NCBI RefSeq assembly: GCF_017876815.1
Contig: NZ_JAGIOS010000001.1
Span: 540,001 to 572,000 of the forward strand
Direction: 5' to 3'
Length of the DNA stretch: 32,000 nt
Source: Sinorhizobium meliloti
Lineage (GTDB): Bacteria; Pseudomonadota; Alphaproteobacteria; Rhizobiales; Rhizobiaceae
Numbering within the stretch: the first letter of the stretch is position 1; every line of letters begins with the position of its first letter. Made by a program: the position numbers and the translations under genes. Shown here piece by piece: positions 7,929 through 19,666 of the stretch. The notes beneath the pieces were generated by a model, which was given only the letters and a program-made list of their open reading frames with translations, did not search any database and was not told where the DNA came from.

Positions 7929-10012
7929 GAAATCGAGCCGATGATCTTGATCTCGAGTCCCTTTGCGAGCTCGACATGCGAGAGCACGGGCAATGTGGCG
8001 AAGAGGCGTTCGATGATCATGCGCACATAAGACCGGGATTCGGGCGAACTTACCAGTACGAAGGGCATGCCGCGGTCGAGATGTTCACGGATTACCTTCG
8101 TCGCCTGCTCGCTGAATTCCTCGAGATGGCGCGGATCGATATCGAACTCGACGATCTCACCCTTGGCGTCGCGCTTGAGCGCCTGGTGGAAGACCATGTC
8201 CCATTTGTTCCCAAGCCTCAGCACGCGCAGCACGCCATTGTCGGCGAGATCGCCGCAGAGCTGCTGCGACATCCGCACCCGCACATGTTCGACGATCTGC
8301 TCGGTCTTGCGCACATGCGGGGCGAGCTCCGCCACGGCTTCGAGGATCAGATGAAGATTGCGGATCGAGACGCGTTCGGCGAGCAGCAGTTTCAGCACCG
8401 CCTGCAGGCCGGAATAGGACATGTGCGAGGTACAGATCTCGTCCGCGAGCTTGCGGTATTCCGGGTCGAGCCGTTCGATCAGCACCTTCACGTCCTTGTA
8501 GGAGAGAAGCTGCGGAAGATTGTTGCGGATCACTTCGCTCAAATGCGTCAGCACCACCGATACGTTGTCGATCGGGTGGAAGCCTTCGCGCTTCAGGTCT
8601 TCCGTGAACGTCTCGAGGATCGACACCGCCGGCATGCCGAATGCCGGTTCCCGGATGTCGTCGCCAGGCACGCTCGGCCGCCGCCCGCCGCCGGTAACCA
8701 CCAGCACTTCGCCCACGCGGACCGTGTTGGAGGCGATCGTGGTGCCGTGGATGCGGACATGATAGGCCTTGTCGGGGATGGTGATGTCGTCGGAGACCTT
8801 GATCTCCGGAACGACGAGGCCGTATTGCAGGGCGAACTTCCGGCGCATCTTGCCGACGCGGAAGGCAAGCTCCTGATGGGCGCCCAGCAGCCTGGTGGAG
8901 ACCTGCTTGCCGAGCAGCAGCTCGATCTCCGCGGTCTTCAGCACCGATTTGACCGAATCCTTGTCGCTTTCCTTGCTCTGCTGCGCCTTCGCCGCCTCCT
9001 CGTCCCGCTTTGCCGCCTTCTCGGCCTCGATCTGCTTCGGAATGAACCAGCTGAGGAAGGCCATGCCGCCGCCAAGCGCCGCAAAGGGGAGGAAAGGCAG
9101 GCCGGGCGTGACGGAGAGCAGGACGATCAGGCCGGAGGCAACCATCAGCGCCCTGGGATAACCGCTGAGCTGGCCGACGACCGCCTGGTCGGTGGAACCG
9201 GCGGTGCCGCCGCGCGAGACGAGCAGGCCCGCGGCGAGCGACACGATCAGCGCCGGGATCTGGGAGACGAGACCGTCGCCGACGGAAAGCTTGACGAAGA
9301 CATCGGCCGCCTCGCCGATCTCCATGTCATGCCGCAGATAGCCGATGATGATGCCGCCGAAGACGTTGATGGCGGTGATGATCAGGCCGGCGATCGCATC
9401 GCCGCGCACGAATTTGGACGCACCGTCCATGGCGCCGAAGAAGGAGCTCTCCTCCTCCAGTTCGCGGCGGCGGCGCTGCGCTTCCTTCTCGTCGATCAGG
9501 CCGGCCGAGAGGTCGGCATCGATCGACATCTGCTTGCCGGGGATCGCATCGAGGGTGAAGCGGGCGCCGACTTCGGCGATACGCGTGGCACCCTTGGTGA
9601 TGACGATGAAGTTCACCGTGATCAGGATCAGGAAGACGATGAGACCGATCACGAAATCCCCGGACATGACGAGGCTGGCGAAACCGGAGATGACCCCGCC
9701 TGCGGCGCCATGGCCCTCATGCCCATGGGAAAGGATGACGCGCGTGGTGGCGATGTTCAGCGCCAGACGGATCATGGTCGAGATCAGCAGAATCGTCGGG
9801 AAGGACGAGAAATCGAGCGGCCGCTGGATCCAGAGCGCGACCATCAGGATCAGCACCGAGAATGAAATGGAAAAGGCGAGCCCGAGATCGATCAGGAAGG
9901 GGGGAATGGGCAGGAACAGGATCGACAGGATCATCACGATCCCGAGCGCAAAGCCGACGTCCCGGCTCTTGGGTGCAAGTTTCGGGATGGTCAGCGTCGC
10001 CTGTTGTGCCAT
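7925..10012 (-). CDS. flhA: Flagellar type III export apparatus protein FlhA
   Basis: 695 aa, with the conserved FHIPEP region ([52 protein letters not shown]) and a cytoplasmic C-terminal domain. Confidence 0.97.
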   Translation of the reverse strand: MAQQATLTIPKLAPKSRDVGFALGIVMILSILFLPIPPFLIDLGLAFSISFSVLILMVALWIQRPLDFSSFPTILLISTMIRLALNIATTRVILSHGHEGHGAAGGVISGFASLVMSGDFVIGLIVFLILITVNFIVITKGATRIAEVGARFTLDAIPGKQMSIDADLSAGLIDEKEAQRRRRELEEESSFFGAMDGASKFVRGDAIAGLIITAINVFGGIIIGYLRHDMEIGEAADVFVKLSVGDGLVSQIPALIVSLAAGLLVSRGGTAGSTDQAVVGQLSGYPRALMVASGLIVLLSVTPGLPFLPFAALGGGMAFLSWFIPKQIEAEKAAKRDEEAAKAQQSKESDKDSVKSVLKTAEIELLLGKQVSTRLLGAHQELAFRVGKMRRKFALQYGLVVPEIKVSDDITIPDKAYHVRIHGTTIASNTVRVGEVLVVTGGGRRPSVPGDDIREPAFGMPAVSILETFTEDLKREGFHPIDNVSVVLTHLSEVIRNNLPQLLSYKDVKVLIERLDPEYRKLADEICTSHMSYSGLQAVLKLLLAERVSIRNLHLILEAVAELAPHVRKTEQIVEHVRVRMSQQLCGDLADNGVLRVLRLGNKWDMVFHQALKRDAKGEIVEFDIDPRHLEEFSEQATKVIREHLDRGMPFVLVSSPESRSYVRMIIERLFATLPVLSHVELAKGLEIKIIGSIS

Positions 10013-10136
10013 GTCTCTTCCGTCTCTTCATGAGAGGCGGGCAGCGATCATAAGATCTGCCCAAGGGTATGGCAGAGTCCTAGAGGGCCAAGCTTGCGCG
10101 AAGGTGGTATGGGGTAGGCGGCGTTGTCGCCGATCT

Positions 10137-10403
10137 CTAAAACCCGCTTTGTATCCGCGAGAACACGATATCGGTGAAGATCGAAATCTGCGCGCCGACG
10201 AAGGGCGCGGAAACGGCGGCGGTGATCATCACCGCGAGAATCTTCGGCACGAATGTCAGCGTCATCTCCTGGACCTGGGTCAGGGCCTGGATGAAAGCGA
10301 TGCCGACGCCGACCACCATTGCGGCGAGAACGGCAGGGCCCGAGGCCACGATCACTGTCCAGATCGCCGCCTGTACGATGTCGAGGGCATCTGCCTCATT
10401 CAT
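10137..10403 (-). CDS. fliQ: Flagellar export apparatus protein FliQ
   Basis: An 88-aa two-TM protein with the typical FliQ sequence (QALTQVQEMTLTFVPKI). Confidence 0.92.
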   Translation of the reverse strand: MNEADALDIVQAAIWTVIVASGPAVLAAMVVGVGIAFIQALTQVQEMTLTFVPKILAVMITAAVSAPFVGAQISIFTDIVFSRIQSGF

Positions 10404-10409
10404 GGGAAC

Positions 10410-11644
<1,235 letters not shown>

Positions 11645-11647
11645 TCA

Positions 11648-12685
11648 TTAGAGGAAGTCTATCAAACTCAACCGCTGGATCCGCGCCGTCAGTGTGTAGG
11701 AGGTCTCTACCTGCGTCAGCAGCGTGTTCATCCGTGTCGAAGCCTCGTAGGTGTCGACGCCTTCGAGATCGGTAATATGTGTGTTGATCAGCTTGATCTG
11801 GGCTTGAAGGGAGGTATTCGCCTTTTTCACGCGCGCTTCGGAAATACCGAGAGTGCTGCGCTCCGCCGTGATCTGCGTATTGGCCTGCTCGACATAGCCG
11901 AGCGCGGCCTCGCCGATATAGGCACGGACCTCGGAGCTGACATTTTCGTCCATCAGTTCCAGCGCGATCACGCTGGCGAGAGCGAATTTCCGGAAGCCTT
12001 CCGTCGTCGCATTGGTGGAGCTCTGCACCACTTCCGTCGTGCTGATGCGGCTCGTCATGTTCTGGCTCGAGGCCTTGGACCAATCCGCGGCCCACTCTGT
12101 ATCGTAAAGCGGCTCGAGCGTATTGGTGATGAAGTCTTCCATTTGCGCCTTCGTGAAATCGCTCATGGAGGCAATGCCGTTCGCCGACATGAAGGTCGCG
12201 AGCGCGGTGTCGAAGGTCGACTTCGCCGCAGCATTATAGTCCTCGAGGGGTCTCACATCGGTGTTGATGCCGGCAAAGAGAAATTCGCCGTTGAAGGACA
12301 GGTTCGCCGCCGAAGAGAAGGCCGACATGGCGCTCTGTATTTCGGTCTTCTGGATCGCGAGCTGATCGGCGGCATCATTGCCCTTGAAGGTGACGAGGGT
12401 GTTGCGCACCTGCTGCGCCGCCTCGGCCATCGCGGAGAGAGCGGATTGCGAGGCGGCAAGCCGCTGGGTGACGACGGAATTGGTATCGACGAGCGTACCG
12501 AGCCGCGCGAGCTCGCGCTGCAGGCTCACGGACCGCGCCGCCGAGGAACCGAGCGCCAGCCCGACATCGGCGTGGCGGCCGGTCGTCACCTCCGTCTGCA
12601 GCTTCAGAAGTTCAGCCTGCCCCTGCTGGATGGTCAGCCGCATGGCGTTCTGAACGGCCAGGTTCGAAACGAAGGACGTCTTCAT
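11648..12685 (-). CDS. flgL: Flagellar hook-associated protein 3 FlgL
   Basis: 345 aa with flagellin-like N- and C-terminal heptads. It follows flgK, as in the rhizobial gene order. Confidence 0.88.
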   Translation of the reverse strand: MKTSFVSNLAVQNAMRLTIQQGQAELLKLQTEVTTGRHADVGLALGSSAARSVSLQRELARLGTLVDTNSVVTQRLAASQSALSAMAEAAQQVRNTLVTFKGNDAADQLAIQKTEIQSAMSAFSSAANLSFNGEFLFAGINTDVRPLEDYNAAAKSTFDTALATFMSANGIASMSDFTKAQMEDFITNTLEPLYDTEWAADWSKASSQNMTSRISTTEVVQSSTNATTEGFRKFALASVIALELMDENVSSEVRAYIGEAALGYVEQANTQITAERSTLGISEARVKKANTSLQAQIKLINTHITDLEGVDTYEASTRMNTLLTQVETSYTLTARIQRLSLIDFL

Positions 12686-12687
12686 GA

Positions 12688-14106
12688 TTACCTCACGGCT
12701 TCGAGAAGCGACGCCATCATGGCGTCGACGGTACTGATCAACTTGGCCGAGGCCTTGTAGGACTGCTCCAGATCGAGAAGCAGCGACAGTTCCTCGTCGA
12801 TGCTCACCCCGGTCACGCTGCCGAGCGCCTCCTGCGTGCGGGCCAGCAGCGCCGCCTTGTTGTCATCGGCCGTGGAGGCGCCGCTGCGTATCTGCTCGAA
12901 CCAGCCGATGGAAGACGCGGCGAATTCCATGATCGAGCTCGTGGCGTCGAGCCCGGTCGCGCCGTCGAACGCCATGTCGCCGTCCATCGCAGTGACGAAA
13001 CCGTCGAGCAGGACCGTATAACCGGCATTGCCGTCCGGGTTCGAAACGACGCCGTTGAAGCCGCCGTCGCGCAGGAGGAAGGGATTGGCCTTCGCCGCGG
13101 GATTGACCGAAAGGCTCGCGGCGAGCCCCGGCTGGACGGCGCCGGCGGCCGGTACGGTTCCGCCCGACCAGGTGAAGAGTCCCGGCAGGCCGCCTTCCTT
13201 GAACAGAGTGACGAGGCCGCGCGCCATCTCGTCGAGCTGCGACTGGAACGTCGGAGCGATGTCGTCGCGCAGCTGAAGCAGGCCCGCGAGCTTGCCCTGG
13301 GCACTGGTATCGGCGCCGCTGCCGGCAGCGAGCGGCACGCCGTCGATGAATATGCCGTTGCCGGTGACGGTAGCATCGTAAGCGCTCTTCGGCGCAAAGG
13401 TGACCTCTCTCGGAAGCGTCTCGAACAGAACGGTGCCGCCCGAGGTGTAGATGACGGTATCGTTGTTTGCCCGCGTGACGGTGGAGATACCGACAAGCTC
13501 CGATACCTGCTTCAGGATCTTGTCGCGATCGTCGAGCGCAGCGGTCGCGTCCGTTCCGGCAGCCGTCGCCTGTCTGACGGCATTGTTCGCCGTCTCGAAC
13601 TGCGCGAGAAGGCGGTTCAGATTGGCGACCTCCTCGGCGATTTTCTTGTCCGAGTCGAGACGAAGGTCCTGAACGGCGGCCGATGTCTTGCTGATCGAGT
13701 TGGCAAGATCCGATGCATCCGACACCACCGTGGCGGCGATCGTCGTATTGCCGGGCGTCGACGCGAAAGTCTGCAGGCTGTTGCGGAAGGCCGAGAGATA
13801 GGTGGAGGGCGACGACTCGTAGTCGTTGCCGCCGAGCGCCGATTTCATGATCTCAAGCCCGGACAGGAGGCTGCTCTGCGCGGAGGACTGCGAGATGCCG
13901 ATCAGGTTCTGCTTGAGGAGCGCCTCGTTCTGCGCCCGATAGATCGATACGACCTGGGCGCCGCCCGGGGTGGTCCCGAGCATCGCCATGCGGCGCGAGT
14001 AGTCCGCATTGCCGGAATTGGCAATGTTCTTCGAGACCGTGGCGGTTTGTTGCGCCGTGGTGCTGAACGCGGATTGCGCAATGGCGATTGCAGAAGACAG
14101 CGACAT
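12688..14106 (-). CDS. flgK: Flagellar hook-associated protein 1 FlgK
   Basis: Has the FlgK N-terminus (SLSSAIAIAQSAFSTTAQQTATVSKNIANSGNADYSRR) and C-terminus (LLLDLEQSYKASAKLISTVDAMMASLL). Confidence 0.92.
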   Translation of the reverse strand: MSLSSAIAIAQSAFSTTAQQTATVSKNIANSGNADYSRRMAMLGTTPGGAQVVSIYRAQNEALLKQNLIGISQSSAQSSLLSGLEIMKSALGGNDYESSPSTYLSAFRNSLQTFASTPGNTTIAATVVSDASDLANSISKTSAAVQDLRLDSDKKIAEEVANLNRLLAQFETANNAVRQATAAGTDATAALDDRDKILKQVSELVGISTVTRANNDTVIYTSGGTVLFETLPREVTFAPKSAYDATVTGNGIFIDGVPLAAGSGADTSAQGKLAGLLQLRDDIAPTFQSQLDEMARGLVTLFKEGGLPGLFTWSGGTVPAAGAVQPGLAASLSVNPAAKANPFLLRDGGFNGVVSNPDGNAGYTVLLDGFVTAMDGDMAFDGATGLDATSSIMEFAASSIGWFEQIRSGASTADDNKAALLARTQEALGSVTGVSIDEELSLLLDLEQSYKASAKLISTVDAMMASLLEAVR

Positions 14107-14190
14107 GCCGGGGACCGTTTTCTCAGAGCACTCCCGGGAAGAGCCCGTAATGGGCCTTACGTCCGGAAGTGCGTAGTTTCGAAGTTGGAA

Positions 14191-15399
14191 TTACCGCTTC
14201 AGATTGACGAGAACTTCGAGCAGTTCCGAACCGGTCTGGAAGACCTTGGAGTTTGCCGTGTAGTTGCGCTGCGACTCGATCATCGCCGTCAGTTCCTCGG
14301 CGATATCGACATTCGAGCTTTCGAGCGCGCCGGAGAGGATTTCGCCGAAATCGCCCGAGCCGGCGAAGCCGGTGATGATGACGCCGGAGTCGACGCCCTG
14401 CGAATAGACGTTACCGGATTCCGGCTTCAGCTTGTCCGGGCTCTGGACATTGGCGAGCGCGATGCGATAGCGCGGATCGAGCTTGCCGTTCTCGTATTTG
14501 ACATAGACGATGCCGTCGGAGTCGATCTGGTAACCGGCAACCTTGCTCGGCGCATTGCCGTCGATATTGCCGCCGTCGGCGTTGAAGGCGTAGCCGAGCT
14601 GCGTCGTCTTCGTCAGATCGATAGTGAGGGCCGAGAGGTTCGCGCCAGTGCCGGGAAGGGCCGTCATCGCCGATGTCGTCAATGTGGCAGGGGTCGCGGT
14701 AAGGGATCCGTCCGCGTTGAAATTCAGCGTCTGTGTACCGAGGACCGTTGACGACGTCCGGTCGACCACCTCGACGGACCACGCATTCGCGCCAGTTTTC
14801 TCGTAGTTGAAATCCAGAATGCGGGTATTGCCCTGGCTGTCATAGACGACGAGCGAAGTGGTGGAAACATCGCCCACGGCAGCACCCGAGGGCAGGTTCG
14901 CGCCCATGGAGCCCTTGGTCGAACCGGTCGCGATAAGCCCATCCGAAGCGAGATTGACCCTGGTCAGGCCATCGAAACCGTTGACGACGACCGTCGGGTC
15001 GACGCCGGCCTCGTATTCGTAGCCCATCAGAGTGAAGCCGGAGGCATTGACCAGATTGCCTTCGCTGTCCGGAACGAAGGAGCCGGCGCGGGTCAGATAT
15101 TCCTGGCCGTTGGCGCCTTCGACGATGAAGAAGCCACCGCCGTCGATCGCCAGGTCGCTGGCCGAGGTGGTGAAGGTCGTCGCTCCCTGCTGCGAGATGC
15201 TGTACCGCACCTCCGTCTGCACGCCGCCGGAATTATAGGATCCGTTGCCCGACGGCAGGATCATCGATGAGAATTCCGTCGACGCGCGCTTGTAGCCGGT
15301 GGTGTTGGCGTTCGCGATGTTCTCGGCGACTGTGCTGAGCCGGTTGGACTGGGCGTTCATGCCGGACACGCCCGTTCTCATGGTACCGTAGAGACTCAT
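14191..15399 (-). CDS. flgE: Flagellar hook protein FlgE
   Basis: MSLYGTMRTGVSGMNAQSNRLSTVAENIANANTTGYKR at the N-terminus and EELTAMIESQRNYTANSKVFQTGSELLEVLVNL at the C-terminus are rod/hook family signatures. The size is 402 aa. Confidence 0.95.
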   Translation of the reverse strand: MSLYGTMRTGVSGMNAQSNRLSTVAENIANANTTGYKRASTEFSSMILPSGNGSYNSGGVQTEVRYSISQQGATTFTTSASDLAIDGGGFFIVEGANGQEYLTRAGSFVPDSEGNLVNASGFTLMGYEYEAGVDPTVVVNGFDGLTRVNLASDGLIATGSTKGSMGANLPSGAAVGDVSTTSLVVYDSQGNTRILDFNYEKTGANAWSVEVVDRTSSTVLGTQTLNFNADGSLTATPATLTTSAMTALPGTGANLSALTIDLTKTTQLGYAFNADGGNIDGNAPSKVAGYQIDSDGIVYVKYENGKLDPRYRIALANVQSPDKLKPESGNVYSQGVDSGVIITGFAGSGDFGEILSGALESSNVDIAEELTAMIESQRNYTANSKVFQTGSELLEVLVNLKR

Positions 15400-15489
15400 A
15401 TCGGATCCTCATTTCCTTGTTGCGGCGACACTAGGGACCGGGCCTTGCGTGAACCTGTCTTGAGCTATCCTCGCCCTGCCCTTCGGCGC

Positions 15490-16161
15490 TCAATTCCAGT
15501 CGATGCAGTAGCCAAGGAAACGCTTGGAATCGATCGGGTCGAAGCCGAGCTTCTTGCGCAGTTTCTTGCGCAGCTTGCTGATGTGGCTTTCGACGACATT
15601 CTCTTCGACGTCCTCGTCGAAGATGCCGTAGATCGCGTTGAATATCTGCGACTTGGACACCCGGCGCCCGCGGTTGGCGACGAGATATTCGAGGATACGT
15701 CGTTCGCGACGGGGAAGCGCGAAGACTTCGCCGTTGATCTCGGGATCGCGCCCGTCGGCAAAAACGCGGATGGGACCGATATCCGTGAAGTTGGCGATGG
15801 CCGTCAAACGCCGGCGGATCGCTGCGACGCGTGCGAGGATTTCCCTCGGATGCACCGGCTTGCGGACCACGTCGTCGACACCGCAGTCGAAGAGCGCAAG
15901 CGTGTTTTCCAGCGACGGCGTGTCGCTCATGGCGATGACCGGGGCACGGGAGCGATCCCGGATCGCGCGCGGCAGGGTCAAAGTGCTCTCCCCCTGCCCG
16001 ATCAGGAAGGCTTCGACAGCGTCGATATCGGAATCGGCGGCGGAGCTTACCCACTCGCCGAACTCCCTCGGATCGAAGCCCGTCGAGGGAATGCCCTCGC
16101 GGCCGAACAGCGACGCATAGCCGTCCTTCACAAGAGCTCTATCATCAACCACCACGATCAT
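15490..16161 (-). CDS. rem: OmpR-type class IB motility regulator Rem
   Basis: 223 aa with a receiver-like N-terminus ([15 protein letters not shown]) and a winged-helix C-terminus ([29 protein letters not shown]...[12 protein letters not shown]). It lies between flgE and the lytic transglycosylase gene, as in S. meliloti. Confidence 0.88.
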   Translation of the reverse strand: MIVVVDDRALVKDGYASLFGREGIPSTGFDPREFGEWVSSAADSDIDAVEAFLIGQGESTLTLPRAIRDRSRAPVIAMSDTPSLENTLALFDCGVDDVVRKPVHPREILARVAAIRRRLTAIANFTDIGPIRVFADGRDPEINGEVFALPRRERRILEYLVANRGRRVSKSQIFNAIYGIFDEDVEENVVESHISKLRKKLRKKLGFDPIDSKRFLGYCIDWN

Positions 16162-16432
16162 TCGCCCGCCTCCGAATCAGTATGGATGCCACATTGATAT
16201 AGAGGTACGAATCCCGGGAATCGGGAACAACTAGAGGAAGTTAATGGGGGATTTTAATAGTTGATTAAGAATTGCGTGCCGATTTGGCCTATATCTAGTG
16301 GGTGATCGTTAACCTTACCACTAACATGATGTTGAAAAGTTAACGCGAGATGCTGAAATCGCTTGCGATCACAATCTGTCCGCATTGTCGCCACAATGAG
16401 ACAGCCGCTGCGGCAATGCAACCGCAAGTCGG
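16162..16432 (-). promoter_or_regulatory. AT-rich rem upstream control region
   Basis: A 271-bp non-coding stretch that is visibly AT-richer than its surroundings (ATTTTAATAGTTGATTAAGAATTG). It holds several GTTAAC-like motifs (16300-16350). Established knowledge is that rem is activated by VisNR. The exact sites cannot be identified from sequence alone. Confidence 0.5.
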
Positions 16433-16999
16433 TCATCGGCAAAACTGCTGCGCGTTCGGCGTCCACTTGCCATAGCCGGTTGCGACCAGGTTTGCGATGA
16501 CGCGGCAGACGTATTTCTTCTGCGCCGGATCGTTGTTGGGGCCGGCGTGATAGCGAGCGACCGCCATCGTCCAACTCTCGTGCCGGGCGCGCAGATTGGA
16601 CAGGAAGCGGGCCGCATATTCGACATTCCTGCGCGGGTCGAGCATCTCCTCGGGAGAGCTGAAATGTTCGCCGTGAAAGTGGTAGTTGATCTGCATGCAG
16701 CCGAGATCGATGAGCTTGGCGCCCTCGGCACGCGCCGCGCCGAAACGCGCGAGGACATCCTGGACGCTTTGCCCGAAATAGGCCTTGCCTTCGATGTTCA
16801 TCGCATAGGGCTGCAGGGATCCCTTTCGACCCGTCTCGGTCAATCCGACGGAATAGAGAATCCCGGTCGGGACGCCGTATTTGGAGGCGGCGGATGCGAT
16901 CTCGCGTTCGCAGACGCCTGCGCTCGCAAGGGCGCTACATGTAGACGTGGCCAGCGCGAGAACGCTCAGCACCGTCAGGCACATCGTCCGTAGCATCAT
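16433..16999 (-). CDS. Secreted lytic transglycosylase (SLT domain), flagellar-cluster associated
   Basis: Has a signal peptide (MMLRTMCLTVLSVLALATSTCSALA) and SLT motifs (YSVGLTETG, GCMQINYHFH, YHAG). The ATG at 16999 is preceded by AGGTGG. This start lies 65 nt inside the 3' end of fliK. Confidence 0.82.
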   Translation of the reverse strand: MMLRTMCLTVLSVLALATSTCSALASAGVCEREIASAASKYGVPTGILYSVGLTETGRKGSLQPYAMNIEGKAYFGQSVQDVLARFGAARAEGAKLIDLGCMQINYHFHGEHFSSPEEMLDPRRNVEYAARFLSNLRARHESWTMAVARYHAGPNNDPAQKKYVCRVIANLVATGYGKWTPNAQQFCR

Positions 17000-18362
17000 T
17001 GCCCGCCCACCTTTCCGTCGCCGCCCGGCCGCCATCCCGCGGCTGACGCCCCTGGCCATCATCACCTGCCCGCTCGCGGCCCTCGTAACCGAGCTGTGCC
17101 TGAGCCTGGGACTGTCCGCCGCCGCCACTTGCGGAATCTCCGCCGCCGTTGAAGACGATGTTCACCTGGTCGACCGCAAATCCTTGCGCCCGCAGGGCCT
17201 TCACCATTTCGCTCTGATCGTCGCGCAACTGGCGGAAGGCCTCACCGGTTTCGACCTTCAGATCGACCTGCAGCTCGTCGTCCTTCAGCCTCAGCGTCGC
17301 CGTCACCATGCCGAGGTCGACCGGGTGCATCTGGATCTTCAGCGTATTGAGCGTCTTGCCGGCCTGGCTCCAGGCTTCGGGCTTCGTCGTCGCGGCGCTC
17401 GACTGCAATGCCTCGGCCCATCCGCTATCGCCGGCGATCGCGGTCGTCACCGACGTGGCGTTCTCGTTGACCGCAAGGCCGAGATAGCGGCGCGCCTCCA
17501 GGACGGTCACGGTCTCCACTCCGGGTTTGACCGACGATCGGCTGTTCTCCACGACGGCCCGCTCGCCATCCCGGGAAATGCTCATGGAAACGACCTGCCC
17601 CTTGCCGTCGGCACGGGCGAAGCGGAAAAGCCGATCCGGCTCGCTGCCGCCGGTCCCATCCCCGGTCTGCGGATGCGCGCCGTCCGCCACGTCCGGAGAT
17701 ATGCCGCCTACAGCCTTTGCCGGACCGTCGGAGCCGTCTCGAACCGCCGAGGCGGGCTTTGCCCTGCCTTCCGGCTGCAAAGCCGCGGCCACCGCCGGTG
17801 CGGCGCCTGTAAGCATCGACAGGAGATCGGAGACGGTCCCGCCGACAGGCTCGGCATTCTCGTCACCTTCCGTCGCCGTCATACCCGACGCTTCGTCTAT
17901 GGCGTCGCGCAAGGCATGCACTGTTTCGCGCGAGTGGGCTGCCGCCGGTTCCACCGGCTCGGCCGTTTCCTCGCCGGCACCATCGCGGCCGAGCGACAGA
18001 GGCGTCGTGCCGGCAGGGTGGCCGTGCTGCAATCGTTTCGCCGCCTGGTCCCGTGTGGTGATCGCGCGCTCGGAGGCGGGTCGAGCGTCGGGTGATGCAG
18101 CATCCGCCATGGATGCCGGAACGTCCGCGCCAAAGCCGTCGGCCTTCGGCACCGCCGAGGCGTTACCGCCGTTCGCGACGGAGTCCCGTCGCGGGTCATC
18201 AGCAGATGTCCGGCCGCCTTGCCCCTGCGTCCTGCGGCGGCCTGCGTCGGCGATCGCCTCGCCAAACGCTCCGGATTCCGCCTCCGGCTGACCCCGAACA
18301 CTCAGCGACTGTGCCGGCCTGCTGGCGGCGGATGTGCGCAAATTCTCGTCAAGAGGCCTCAT
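16935..18362 (-). CDS. fliK: Flagellar hook-length control protein FliK (formerly MotD)
   Basis: 475 aa. It is Ala/Pro/Gly/Asp-rich and low-complexity at the N-terminus, with a FliK C-terminal domain (LKIQMHPVDLGMVTATLRLKDDELQVDLKVETGEAFRQL). Its ATG overlaps the motC stop. Confidence 0.88.
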   Translation of the reverse strand: MRPLDENLRTSAASRPAQSLSVRGQPEAESGAFGEAIADAGRRRTQGQGGRTSADDPRRDSVANGGNASAVPKADGFGADVPASMADAASPDARPASERAITTRDQAAKRLQHGHPAGTTPLSLGRDGAGEETAEPVEPAAAHSRETVHALRDAIDEASGMTATEGDENAEPVGGTVSDLLSMLTGAAPAVAAALQPEGRAKPASAVRDGSDGPAKAVGGISPDVADGAHPQTGDGTGGSEPDRLFRFARADGKGQVVSMSISRDGERAVVENSRSSVKPGVETVTVLEARRYLGLAVNENATSVTTAIAGDSGWAEALQSSAATTKPEAWSQAGKTLNTLKIQMHPVDLGMVTATLRLKDDELQVDLKVETGEAFRQLRDDQSEMVKALRAQGFAVDQVNIVFNGGGDSASGGGGQSQAQAQLGYEGRERAGDDGQGRQPRDGGRAATERWAGNDATDDVPDGAERSRAGHVYM

Positions 18363-19663
18363 TGTCCTTCCCTCTTCAGCAGCGCATCGATCTCGTCGAT
18401 CTTCGAACGACCGCTGGCAAGAAAGCCGTCGAGAGCCGGATCGTCTGAAGCGGCGGCATCGGCTTCGGCCGTCATCTCGGATGGCCTGCCGGGCGACGCC
18501 TCGACCGGCTGGCCGAATGGGCTCATGCCGCTTCCGCTTTCCTCCGCAGCCAACTCGCTTTGCTCCCCGGCCGGTCTTTCCGCTATAGGCGCGGGTGCTT
18601 GCGCCGGGCTTTCTCCGAATGGTGGCCGGACCACCGCATCGGCAACGGCCTTGGCCGCCTCGCGCAGGGCGCGGTCGCGCGGCGACAGCTTTTCGTCGGG
18701 GATCGCTTCGAGGGCTTCGGCGGCCGAAAAGACATCCGCGGACGGCACGGCCGCCAGCCCCTCGTAGAAGCTCGCAAGCACTTGCGATCGGGAACTGTCA
18801 TCCCCTGCCAGTTCCTCGGCGCGCCTGGACGCCAGCCGCGCCAGGGCCTGGTTGCCGGCAATCGCGGCGCGGCGCGCCACCCTGAGATAGACCTCGCGCT
18901 GGCGCGCGCTGTCCATGAAGGAGAGTATCTCCGAGACGCGCCCATCGGCCGCCTCGTCGAAATGGGCGACCGCCAGCTCGACGAAGACATCGGCAAACTG
19001 GCTCGCATAGGGTGACGTCAGGTAGCGCCGCGCGTAGTTCAGCGCATAGCGAAAGCCCTTCTCCGGAAGGCCGGCCCCCGCCGCCAGCGAGACCGAACGG
19101 CGAAGGGCAGCCTCCTCGATTATGGTGCCCGGTGCCGTCAGGCGCGCCCAATCGTAATGTTTCATCGCCTCGATCGGGTCCTGCTGCGACATGGCGTTAC
19201 CGAGGATCAGGAACAGATACGGGCCGATGCGGGAATTCTTGTATTCCGGGGCGGCCTTGGTGAGATTCTCGACGATCAAAGGGCCCTTGCCGTTCAGATA
19301 TTGCCTGAGCGCATCGGTTACCCGCGAGTCGAAATTGCCCTCGATGTCGCGGTCGGCCAGAAGGTCGAGCGTCGCCGGATTGCCGCCGCTCATGACATAG
19401 ACGAGAGCCGCATCGACATTGCGCGGATCGCGAAACGCCGAGGGATCGGCGGCTCTCAGCCGCTCGTCGATCGCGCCGAGCATGAAGCGCTGCATCTCGA
19501 TCGCCGAATGGTCGCCGAGCACCACCGAATCCTGCACATATTGCAGCGACCTTATCATCTTGTAAGGCGTGAGCTCCTCCGTCCCGTTAGCGCGGGCAAG
19601 GCCGAGAGCGAGGGGAGCGGCAAGGGCCGACGCCGCAAGAAGGGTGCAGAGCCGCTTCAGCAT
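18359..19663 (-). CDS. motC: Periplasmic motility protein MotC
   Basis: 434 aa, has a signal peptide (LLAASALAAPLALGLARA), and lies between motB and fliK as in S. meliloti. Confidence 0.88.
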   Translation of the reverse strand: MLKRLCTLLAASALAAPLALGLARANGTEELTPYKMIRSLQYVQDSVVLGDHSAIEMQRFMLGAIDERLRAADPSAFRDPRNVDAALVYVMSGGNPATLDLLADRDIEGNFDSRVTDALRQYLNGKGPLIVENLTKAAPEYKNSRIGPYLFLILGNAMSQQDPIEAMKHYDWARLTAPGTIIEEAALRRSVSLAAGAGLPEKGFRYALNYARRYLTSPYASQFADVFVELAVAHFDEAADGRVSEILSFMDSARQREVYLRVARRAAIAGNQALARLASRRAEELAGDDSSRSQVLASFYEGLAAVPSADVFSAAEALEAIPDEKLSPRDRALREAAKAVADAVVRPPFGESPAQAPAPIAERPAGEQSELAAEESGSGMSPFGQPVEASPGRPSEMTAEADAAASDDPALDGFLASGRSKIDEIDALLKREGQ

Positions 19664-19666
19664 TTC

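Noticed and set aside
7976-9865. 629-aa plus-strand ORF
   Set aside because: It is entirely antisense to flhA, which has unmistakable conserved motifs. Its sequence is low-complexity and rich in Arg, Asp, Gly and His.
16254-16574. 106-aa minus-strand ORF covering the rem upstream region
   Set aside because: It lies in an AT-rich regulatory spacer and overlaps the 3' end of the transglycosylase gene out of frame. It has no motif support.
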